Of a stretch of 64,000 nucleotides of DNA, positions 28,344-38,913 are shown piece after piece (the first letter of the stretch is position 1; each line of letters starts with the position of its first letter). The stretch covers positions 82,646,001-82,710,000 of the forward strand of contig OX597819.1 of the NCBI GenBank assembly GCA_951406725.2, given 5' to 3'. Source of the stretch: Octopus vulgaris. Its lineage: Eukaryota. The notes beneath the pieces were generated by a model. The model saw nothing but the letters and a program-made list of their open reading frames with translations, made no database searches and was not told the origin of the DNA. The translations under genes were made by a program, and so were the position numbers.

Positions 28344-29619
28344 CGAGGGACGTTCAATAAGTAATGCCCCTGACCCACTTGCAGTTGTTTTGCAATTATT
28401 TATATCTCTATAGAGTAAGTGGCAAATTACAGCTCTGAACTAATTGTGGTTTCTGATTTACAGGTATTTGAACTGAGTCAAGTGTGAAATGGAGCATGTT
28501 GAGTGTCAAGCAGTGATCTGGTTTTTGTATTTGAAAGAACGTACACCACGGGAGACTTTTGATGAAATAAAAGTAACTTATGGTGATGATGCCCCATCAT
28601 ATGACCTTGTAAAATGCTGGCTTCGGGAATTCAAACATGGTCGGAACTCTGTGGAAAGAGCTCCCAAATCTGGTCGCTCCCCTTCTGCTATTGATGAGGC
28701 ATCTGTCTGTCAAGTTGAGGCTGCCATTTTGGAAGATCGATGCATAACTATTTGCCAAATAGCCCATGAGGTCAAGATTAGTACTGGGTCTATGGAAACT
28801 ATCATTTATGACCATTTGCATATGCAAAAGGTGTCTGCCAGATAGATTCCCAGGTTGCTCAAACCTTTCCAGAAGCAAGAACGCGTCGAGTGTTCGAGGA
28901 CGAATTTGGAGATGTGCCAAGAAGATGAGTCGAAATTTTTCAAAAGACTGATTACACAGGATGAAACCTGGGTCCATCACTATGATCCAGAGACAAAAGC
29001 CCAGTCAATGCAGCGGAAGCACCGTGACTCACCTCCTCCAAAGAAGGCAAGGGTGCAGCCCTCCGCTGGTAAGGTCATGCTCACAGTCTTCTGAGACCAG
29101 GACGGAGTAGTGATGACAGATTTCCTGGCAAAGGGTACCACAATTACAGGAGCCTATTATGCGTCACTTTTGAGGAAATTAAGAGAAGCTATCAAAATCA
29201 AGAGGCGGGGCAAGATCAGCAAAGTCATCTTCCTCCTGCAGGACAATGCTCCGGTCCACAACTCGCGTGTCACCAGATCAGAAGCACAGGCATGCGGCTA
29301 TGAACTCCTCCTCATCCCCCCTACTCTCCTGACCTAGCATTCTCTGATGTTCACCTCTTCCCAGCCATGAGGTTGTTTTTGAAAGCCATGAGGTTGTTTT
29401 TCCCAGATGATGCAGCCTTGATTTCTGAAGTCACGTCGTGGTTGGAGGACCAAGCTGGGGTCTTCTACAAAAACGGTCTCCAGAGCTGCATCAAACAATG
29501 GGAGAAATGCGTAACTCTGGGTGGTTCCTATGTAGAGAAAGACTAATAACTGTGCCAAGTTTCGTTACTCTACTGCTATAGGAAGTGGGTCAGGGGCATT
29601 ACTTATTGAACGCCCCTCG
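28344..29619 (+). mobile_element. Full-length mariner DNA transposon (DD34D, irritans-like TIR), 1276 bp
   Basis: 37-bp TIRs at 28344-28380 and 29583-29619 with one mismatch (CGAGGG(A/G)CGTTCAATAAGTAATGCCCCTGACCCACTT). TA target duplications at 28342-43 and 29620-21. Confidence 0.97.
28489..29546 (+). pseudogene. Mariner transposase pseudogene
   Basis: One frame from ATG 28489 gives an HTH region, VSAR*IPRLL (WVPRLL motif), TQDETWVHHY, GKVMLTVF*D and LLQDNAPVH. After a 1-nt deletion near 29310 it continues HPPYSPDLAFSD...WEKCVTLGGSYVEKD*. Spacing is D34D once the frameshift is restored. Stops are TAG 28843-45 and TGA 29092-94. Confidence 0.95.
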
Positions 29620-30371
29620 TATGTCTGAAAATATCTTTATCAGTCCTTTCTTTCCTGTGAATGCAAGAATAGTTAAATGCATCTCTTACCTGTCAACATT
29701 TATGAGTTTACAGTTGATGGAAACTGAATTATTTAATGTAATACTTCAGCAGTAAAATTATATAAATAATATTGATTTCTAACATTGATGCAAGGCTGCA
29801 AATATTTTTGTTGGGGTGGTGGTAAAGTCAACTTAATTGATTCAATCCTGTATTGGAATTATATTCCATGAATACCAGAATATGTATATTAGGCAATATA
29901 TAAAATGATTAAACAGTTATGAATAAATCTATCTTTGGAATGAGTTTTTATATTTGTAAACTCTAAACTGACATCAATGTGGAAAAATTTTGATGAAGTA
30001 AACTTATGTTTCTTTTTTTTTACTTTTGTACAGTTTAATAAATTTATATTGGGAGATGGGGAAAATTTAAAATTCAGAAGTAGGTGCATTTACCAATATT
30101 ATTTATAATATAAAATTATCTTCACATCAGACAAAAATACCTTGCATTTTTTAATCACAGCTCTTTACAATGAGCCTAAATCTTGTCATGGTCAATTTTG
30201 ATTTTTGTCTTTCTGAGGTCAATAAAAAACTTGATCAGTTTAAGATTAGTTTAATTGAGCATCTCGTCCTCCAAAATTTGCATTCTTGTGCCAGTGCTAG
30301 AAATTAATATTATTTATATAATTTCACTGTTGTTTTATGTATATATATTCCCCTCCTCTTTTTTAGGAAGT

Positions 30372-30525
30372 ACAAGCACTTACAGACACATGTACACACA
30401 CAATAGAAGCTTCCACCTACCAAATTCAATCACAAGGTTTTGGTCAGCCCAAAGCTATAGCAGAAGACACTTATCTAAGATGCCACGTAGTTGAACTGAA
30501 TTCAAAACCATGTGGCTGGGAAAAT
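30372..30525 (-). mobile_element. SINE family A 5' fragment, antisense
   Basis: Reverse complement of CCACATGGTTTTGAATTCAGTTC...GTGTCTTCTGCTATAGC...GACCAAAACCTTGTGATTGAATTTGGTAG. Confidence 0.75.
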
Positions 30526-31674
30526 ATAAAAAACAATAGAAGTAGTTAGTATAATAGGGAGCTCTTAGATTTGAAATTCATGTGCAATGAGGTGATTTTG
30601 TATTTTTATCACCCTAAGGCAGTGAAAATTATGTTACTAATATTATACTGAGATCAATTAATTTGACTTTGTCTATATCCAATTCTCTGCATTTAAAATT
30701 TCATAAATTGTTATACATAATCATTTCTTATGTAGGCACAAAGCCAAATTTGTAAGGTCATATTCAATTATCTGACCCCAATATATAACTGTTATATAAT
30801 TTATAGATAAGCTGGTGAGAGAAAACTTCAGTCCAGTATGAACTGAACTGTAAATCATTTGGTTTGCTTCCTATTACCTCTGCCAACAGTTTGTCATTTA
30901 ATTCCATTATTTAATATGATACTTCAGCAGGAAAATTGAGTTTAACTGACCAATAAATATCTAAAATGACTAGTCAGTCTAAAATATCTTTCATATAGTT
31001 TCAAAATTCCACAGAATATAGCATTTATAGCTGCAGACATTTAGCTTTATAATTTACTTTTTATGCCAGCATTCTTTTTTGCTAAAAGACAGCATAGTTA
31101 ATGAAGTAAGCATTGAGATGGCACATTGAAGAAAAAAATGTTTACTTCAGTGATATTTTAATGGAGTGAATTAGCTTAGAATGAAACAGTGAATTAGGTT
31201 AAAAGTATTTAATGACTTGAAATGGAAAAACTGTTTTCTTCTGATGAGAAACCTTGTCAGTAAATATCAATGAATTTAGAATTGAATTTTATACTTCCTA
31301 TTATTTTACAAAGTAAAGGAATTTCAGAATATCTCAGTGTATTGTTCATGGTTACTATCCAGTTTGTAAATAATAATAATAAATGCCTGAAATGATAGTT
31401 TAACTTTTTACCATAATGCTGAAATAGCCTTTGTTATCATCTAGGACAATGTTTAATTATTTCTATGCATAACATTAAAGGCCCTAATAAGATAATATTT
31501 GATTATTGCCAGGTAGTTATCTTCTACAAAAATAGCAAGAAAAATAAACAGCAATATTGTCACTATCTTGTTCTATGTATTAGTTTAGAAGTTAATGTTA
31601 GTCCACATAAAGTAATTGCAAAGTATGTTTACATTTATAGTAGTATGGAAAATATTAGACTTTGGAGGTATTTT

Positions 31675-31806
31675 AGGAGTGGCTGTGTGGTAAGAAGCTT
31701 GCTTCCCAACCACATGGTTCTGGATTCAGTGTCTTCTACTATAGCTTCAGGCCAACCAAAGCCTTGTGAGTGGATTTGGTAGATGGAAACTGAAAGAAGC
31801 CTATTG

Positions 31807-31885
<79 letters not shown>

Positions 31886-32083
31886 TTGTATATCTGTGTT
31901 TGTCCCCTACCATCACTTGACACCGATGTTGATGTGTTTACATCGCTGTAACTTAGCGGTTCAGCAAAAGAGACTGATTAAATTAGTACTAGGTTTACAA
32001 AGAATAAGTTCTGAGGTTGATCTGTTCAACTAAAGGTGGTGCTACAGCATGGCCGCAGTTAAATGACTGAAACAAGTAAAAGA
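31675..32083 (+). mobile_element. SINE family A with internal (TA)n(TG)n
   Basis: Head AGGAGTGGCTGTGTGGTAAGAAGCTTGC, a short deletion after the B box, microsatellite 31807-31885, and tail AATGACTGAAACAAGTAAAAGA. Confidence 0.9.
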
Positions 32084-32674
32084 ATATATATATATATATA
32101 TATATATAGACAGACAGACAGATATTCCAAATTTGTATAAATGTGTATAGAATAATATATCAGTTGAATAAAGTTACAACATAGTCTGGTTTTCACATTT
32201 TTTATTATCTTATTTAAAAAAAATTTTTACAATGTTGAAGTGTATTAAACATTAAAAAAATATTTAATAATGTTCATAACATTCAATTAGCAATTTTTTA
32301 CTTTCATAGTAATCATCAGATTTCAAAATGTATTAACTGACAGTTGAGTTGAGTGCTTGACAACTGTAGCAAAATGACTGATTTCTTCCTTTTTATACCG
32401 TTTAGAAGGCTCTGGCGAGCTGAATTTTTCTTATGCGGTTTTGACCAATCAGCATGCATCTTAAAGATCAGTTTGCCAGGTGTACCAATATTACTGGCAT
32501 AACTCCTGCCTTTATTTTAACCCATTAGCTTGTAGTTTACATGTAATGGTTTTATGAATGAGCAAACTTAGTTGGTTTCGATTGTGGGAGTCTTCTGTAA
32601 TTTGTTTATATTCATATGTTAAAGATATTTTTTAATCCACATCATTAGCTGGTTGTTACATTATTGTTGTTATT

Positions 32675-33040
32675 TCAATTCAGAACAGGTTTGAACATCT
32701 AAATAAAACGTTTTCCTTTTATCTTTCTTCCAACCTCACCTGTATCATGTAGTTTGTGGATAGGAAAAATTAGAAACATTTTCTGACCACACGTTTCTAT
32801 ATGTTCGCTCAATGAAATTTGGCAAACATTAATGTGTTGGATTTGTTGTCTGTGAACTCATGAGCATTCCGATAATGCATTCCCTATCTCACCAATATAT
32901 AGTTCCTCACAATTAGGGCATTTAATGCAGTAGATCAAATTTCTGCTTTTGCAGTTCATATCTGCATTTGTGAAAATCTGTCCATTTTTTGTTCTAATGG
33001 ATCTACCAGTATCCATGTATTGACACGTTCCACTGCAGTT
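32675..33040 (-). pseudogene. Penelope-like element GIY-YIG endonuclease remnant
   Basis: Manual translation of the minus strand: NCSGTCQYMDTGRSIRTKNGQIFTNADMNCKSRNLIYCIKCPNCEELYIGEIGNALSECS*VHRQQI...SLSEHIETC...RKIKGKRFI*MFKPVLN*. It has the LIY-CxxC-YIGE, conserved His residues and terminal FI..FKP.LN typical of PLE endonucleases. Absent from the supplied ORF track. Confidence 0.85.
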
Positions 33041-33352
33041 ACTAAAATGTTCAACAGAATGTTTTTTTGTAAAATATATAACCCCTCATATGGTATTTCA
33101 AGATGTACATGTGCATGCTTTTTTGATCAGCATATTAGGGAGAATCGAGGACAATGTTTTGATTAGATATGTAGGGAGGGAGTAATGAGTAGATAATGAT
33201 ACGAATATAAGGAACTGCATACTAATAAAGTTACACTTGTAAGCTACAGTTTAAAATTTGATTTGGCAAGTGAAAGAAAAAAATTAGTTAGAAAACGAAA
33301 TCATTATAATGATCACAAAGAAGAAAACTTTAAATATTAAAACATTTAATTA

Positions 33353-33474
33353 TTATCTACTGATGAGTTCCAAATGAATTAATATAATAATGTGTTTTAC
33401 TTTTGTTGAAATACATATTCTGCAATTGTATATGTTAATATAGTCTTTTGTAATAGAAACAGCTGTCTGGTTAA
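33353..33474 (+). ncRNA. Type I hammerhead-ribozyme-like motif with extended stem II (possibly degenerate)
   Basis: Core CTGATGA 33360-66 and GAAA 33456-59. Minimal stem III A-C-[AGCT]-G-T, then C17 at 33467 (GUC site). Stem I is TTATCTA/TGGTTAA (6 of 7 paired). The insert 33367-33455 folds as a long hairpin. Confidence 0.6.
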
Positions 33475-33720
33475 ATTAAATAAATAATCCATATTACCAT
33501 CAAAACCTGTTCCATTTAGTTGATGACATTTATTGGTCTTCGTCTAATAAATTGATTCTTCCAATGATTTTTATTTATACAAATTCATATGGAAATGAAA
33601 GGAATCCCTTAAATAACATATTAAAAAACCTTGGAAACCTTGGGAATAATGCCCTAAACAGAAGAAGTATTTTTGTCCAGAAAAATATTGTGTGTGTGTG
33701 TGTGTACACATATATACATA

Positions 33721-33863
33721 CGAGGGGGTACTGGTAAGTTCCTGACTTTAAACAAAAGAAAATAGAAGAGGGTTGGTTAATTATGATTTTATTCAACATA
33801 TTCCCCTCTCAGATTCAAACACGTATTGCATTGGTCTTTCAGATTTTCTAAGCTCTGTTAAAA
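33721..33863 (-). mobile_element. Mariner right-end fragment
   Basis: TA plus TIR-like CGAGGGGGTACTGGTAAGTTCCTGAC. The minus strand encodes the transposase C-terminus LENLKDQCNTCLNLRGEYVE*. Confidence 0.8.
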
Positions 33864-34019
33864 CAGATGGACAGGCATTTAAATAGAGATAAGAGATGAG
33901 TTCAAACAAATGAAAATGAGTTTCTGTTGCATTTGTAAGTTTGTGCGACTGTTTTATTTTACTTATTATTTGTTTTTGTGCATATATATCTGTGTCTGTA
34001 TGTGTGTGTGCATCATATG

Positions 34020-34235
34020 TTGTTATTAATGTTATTATGTAGCACCATGTCAACCCTGATTAACTATAGCTATGATCACTGGCTTTTCACCTATAGTCAC
34101 CCTGTCTTGATCTCTAGAACATCCAATATGTATCTACCCTTTTTTAAGATGTCAGGGTGTTATTTGCAGGAGACTTTTTAATTATTTCTAATAGGTTGGG
34201 CAACCAAGTAGACTTTACTTCATGAAGGCTCCTTT
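34020..34235 (-). mobile_element. Family C repeat, antisense
   Basis: CAACCCTGATTAAC..TATGATCA..TTTTTAAGATGTCAGGGTGTTATTTG..ATTTCTAATAGG, reverse-homologous to the copies at 8365 and 50330. Confidence 0.55.
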
Positions 34236-36544
34236 CATTGCTTCTTGTCCGTTGTATATGCATACATGCATGTGTGTATTTTGTGTAGTAGTTCTCTCTT
34301 TTCATCTTTCACGCTTGGTATAAGGTTGGCAAATATCAGGCAGGCCTGGATTGCTGCCATTTCAGCTTCTTTTGGCACTTCCTCTGATATAGTTCACTGC
34401 ATAAATGTGGGACAGATAGACAAATAAATAGATACACAGATAGGAGTATGTTTATGCATGGAGAGAGAGAGAGAAAATTGAAGATATTCCTTTAATGACT
34501 GAGAAATATTATTATAACTTCTTTGAGAGTACGGCAGTAGATTACTAAATGTTCTGTTTCCTTCAGTTTATGAATTATTATTAGTAGAAAATAAGTCAGC
34601 ATAAATATATATAATCAGGTGATTAATTCTATTAGGTGGCAGACTGCTAGAGTAAAGATCTTTTGTTCATATTATATCACAGACAATAAACTACCTTCAT
34701 GGTAAATACACTTTAAACCCAAAGACTCTATTTGTAAATAAGAACTGGAAATAAGCACAAATTATAAGGAAGGAAGAGTTGTATAAGTTACCAGAATTTC
34801 CTTACATTAGCTTTGAATAGGGAATTGGAAACATCTTACGTTTGTAGAGCAAATGAAAAATGTTCCAGTTCTATGCATAAGAGATAATCTAATCACATTG
34901 GTTGGCTTTGCTATTAAAACATTTCTATATTCTGTAAAGAATCTCTGATGACATAATTCATTAATGCAATACTTATTGAAGACAAATCTAGGGTAATAAA
35001 AGTATTTAGTGCAATACCATAATACTGGTTCCAGAACTCCCTCATGTTATGAAAATGATAACTTATTTTGACTACTCTGTATAATAAAAGCCCAGAAAAT
35101 GATTTGATGCATGAAAATGCCAAACTAAAATGTCTCTGTTATTGATGAATTACAACAATATTGATTGAAAATAATTTTTCTTTTCCCCGTAAGAATTACT
35201 AAAGAATTAAATTATGTATTGTGCCAATTTTGTCAAATTTTGGCAATGATATTCTAAATAGGACAGTTCTATGGTAGAAGGACCCAAATAAATGCAATGT
35301 AGCAGATAATTTCAGTGTAATCACATGCTTGCCATTGATCTAGATATTCTTCACATATTCTGGCAGATGATACATGAAAATATCTAGAAATACAATATCA
35401 GAACACAAGAGCTGTAGCAGAAAAAGAAAATTTAGAGTTATTACAAATTGATAACTTAATATTACAGAATTTTAGAAAGTGGTATGCAAAACCTTGCAAT
35501 GACATTCATCATCAACTATTTGACTATAAAATGATTCATGTAGTTAATGAATTATTCCTGGGCAATAGAATACTTGGAAATTATATGAGTAGCTGGAAAT
35601 ATAACAAAATTAAGAGATGAAGTAATAGAAACTAAATGTAATGTAAGTTAGATGACAAAACTAAACTCAAGCTATAGACAAATGTGCTATATCTGTCTTG
35701 CAGCATTGCAGAGGTGTTCTAAAGGGGAATAAAATAAATTAGGTTGAAAAACTAGAATGATAAATGAAACTTACCTCACAAAAGTACTGTCAATGGGACT
35801 TATATAACTCTGTATAAAAGATGAAGATTAATAGGTAGGTAGTTTCATTGATCTTTAAACTGCAGGAATAGGCTTTGAGAATAAACATTACTGAATTCCA
35901 TTTAGTTAATACATAAGATACTGAGATATGCCAATATAAGGCATAGACAGTATAGTGAAAGTATATCACATTTAATAACGAATGTAGTAAGGCAGCAAGC
36001 TGGCAGAATCATTATATCAGGCTAAATGATTGGCGGTGTTTCATCCAAGAAAACACAGCAATATTGTTTCAAACAACACGGAAAATTTTAGGTATATGAC
36101 ACCCATAGTATAATTAAGTCTAATGACATCAAAATCCTGTGTGCTTTCAACAATTAAATGTATGTCTATATTACTGCATACCTTCAGAAATTGTAGGAAT
36201 TGACAGAAAGGACTGCATAAAATCATTGTTGTAATGCATCAGAGAAGTTGTATAGTTGAACACTATATACAGAAAGCTCATTATTAATATTAAATAATAT
36301 TGCCTAAAATCATGAAGAACAGAGCAAATGGAAAGAAAACATGAGAAGCACATCAGTCTCTGTCATAGAAACTGAACTAGGTTTATCCAAAGAATAAAAA
36401 TATAATCTCAAACTCACTGCATAAACATACAGCTAAGATATAAATTAAAATAAAAATGGATCAAAGAATCATGAAATTATCCCTTTATTAAAAACTGTCG
36501 GGATATTGATTATTCCTCATAGGTCCAAGATAATATTTATAGGG

Positions 36545-37242
36545 AACAAATGTAATCAACTGAATAAAAATCCAGGACATACTCAGTACTTATTTTTGTC
36601 AACCAAAGTTATGCTGAAAGACAAGGCCTCTGTCCAAATGGGATTTGAAACTTGAATATAAAATGATTTTGAAAATTTAATCTGCTACTGTTTCGTTTCT
36701 GTCATTCCATAACACTTTGCGAATATCAATATCTTGGGTAAAAGCCAAATAGAATTAGAATAGGGCATACACTGGGAACTGAAACTGCCATTGTTACAGT
36801 ATCATAAAATCTGATAAGGGATTTAAAGGAATATAATAATATTAATTTCTAATGTAAACTACAAGGCTACATCTTTTAAGAGAGGGAATTATTGATTAGA
36901 TTAACCTAGAAATTAACTGCTTTATTGGCCTCCTGATGGGTCAAAACACAATTGAACCTGGCAGAATAAGAACCCAAAAGGAAAAGAAACACAATTAAAT
37001 ACCACAAGCCATTATGTGTGATGCTTTACCAATTATGCCAGTACATCACCCTAATGATAATAGTTTCAAATTTTAGTGCATGGCCAGCAGTTTCAGGGGA
37101 GGGATTAAATCAATAAAATTGATCCTGAAAGGATGAAAGACAAAGTCAACCTTGGTGGAATATGAACTCAGAACATAAAGACAGACGAAATGCTGCTAAG
37201 AATTTTGCCCAGTGTACTAATGATTCTGCCAGCTTGACACCT
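36545..37242 (-). mobile_element. Three tandem antisense copies of SINE family B (best preserved 37063-37242)
   Basis: The minus strand of the last copy has A-box-like TGGCAGAATCATTAG, B box GAGTTCATATTCC and core GTTGACTTTGTCTTTCATCCTTTCAGG. Older copies lie at about 36545-36700 and 36850-37050. Confidence 0.75.
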
Positions 37243-37283
37243 TAATAATAATAATAATAATAATGATAATAATAATAACAATA

Positions 37284-37317
<34 letters not shown>

Positions 37318-37352
37318 CAACAACAATAATAATAATGATAATGATTATAATG
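37243..37352. repeat. Imperfect (AAT/GAT/AAC)n trinucleotide tract
   Basis: Read directly from the sequence. Confidence 0.9.
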
Positions 37353-38025
37353 CAATCAATATAACATTCCAATGGACACTTCTTGAAGTCTAAAGTAGTA
37401 ATTATTTCTCCAAGTATTCTGCAATGCTAGCAGAGAATATTTAGGTCCGTCAATCTGACAGTCTGTACATCTTACCATTGCCATTTGTTACCAAAATTAT
37501 TTGTATCACATGATGATGATGATGATGTAACAACAACAGGTTTAAGAATTATACATGTGTGTCTGTGTATGTGTACCTTCTATTCTAAGGACTCACCTTA
37601 TCGCCACCATCTTGCTTTCCAGCTTCACACAGATCACTCTCACCCACTCTTATATAATGCAGATTAGCCATGTACCTCCTCAGAAGCAAGAAACATGTTC
37701 ATACCTTTGCATATTTTAACATTTCAGTACCAAACATAAATCTAACTTCATTTCTATTATAGTATCACTCAGTTGATGGGGATCTTACTCCTGCAAATTA
37801 CATGATGATTTAACTAGTGCTGGAACCTTCAAAATAGAACCCAGTAAACTTTGTTAAGGGACTGATATTAGGCAGACTTTGGTGCACAACACAGTGTTTT
37901 GACATGTCAGATCCTGTCAAACTGTCCAACCCATGACAGCTTGGATAATGATATATGTATATGTTTGTATGTATCTGCGTGTGTGTGTGTGTGTGTGTAT
38001 CTACACACACACACACATTCACATA

Positions 38026-38875
38026 CAGGGTGCAGTGGATAAACTGTCATCTAAATTATGCAAAAATGAAAATAACACTGACATCTCAGTTTAACAGATA
38101 TATTTACCAAATTTACCTTAAAATATCTTGAAATACTAAAGAGTAAATTTACTCAATAAAATCGCCATTGGCTTCAACCATGGCCTCCAGACGATTTCAG
38201 AATCTCCAGCTACTCCTCTGGACAGTCTCCTTGTTTAAGTTGTTGAATGCTGCCATAATCCGTACCTTCATTTCATCTTTGGTGTTGCAAGAAATTTTGT
38301 TGATCTCTTGCTCAACTGCGCCCCGCACATAATAATCAAGTGGGGATTAAGGCAGCCAGATGTTAGGGGTGATGTTGTTGTAGAAATTGTTTGACAGACA
38401 TGACTGAGTTCAACTGCTTGTATAGCATGGTGCAGAGTCCAGTTGCCAGACATAGGGTCTTCCAGTAGTCACCCATTTTACCCAGGGCAGCACTAACTCC
38501 TCCAGGCACTTGATGTAGGTCTCTGTGTTAAGTCTGAGGCCATGTGGGAAGATGAATGGAGGCATAACATCGCCATCACTAATGATCACTCCAAGCACCA
38601 TGATGTTGACTGGATGTTTGATTTTTTGGTACATGTCCTCAGATTGACAGCCAAAACCTCTGAAATGTTCATGTTGGAGCTTCCAGCATAAATACTAAGC
38701 AGTACAGCATGCTGCTTTTAAATTTCTGGCAGAGTGAATTGCATCATGGTGTTGTTTTTCTCATAAATGGTACCCAACAGACCCTACTATACTGTGTAGT
38801 TGACAAAATCAAATACAAACTGTACACATGTGCAAAATTAAAAATATGAAATAGCAACAATTTACCCATTGCATG

Positions 38876-38878
<3 letters not shown>
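38026..38878 (-). mobile_element. Internally deleted DD37D (maT-like) Tc1/mariner element
   Basis: Degenerate TIRs CAGGGTGCAGTGGATAAACTGT / CAGCATGCAATGGGTAAATTGT with TA flanks. The minus strand reads MVLGVIISDGDVMPPFIF...YVWQLDSAPCYTS...NIWLP*SP-LDYYVRGAVE...RLEAMVEANGDFIE*. D-D spacing is 33 here, consistent with DD37D after loss of four codons (inferred). Confidence 0.85.

Positions 38879-38908
<30 letters not shown>

Positions 38909-38913
<5 letters not shown>

Noticed and set aside
31241-31260. CTGATGA-GAAAC-CTT-GTC hammerhead-like core
   Set aside because: There is no stem II at all and only 2 bp of stem I. Likely chance.
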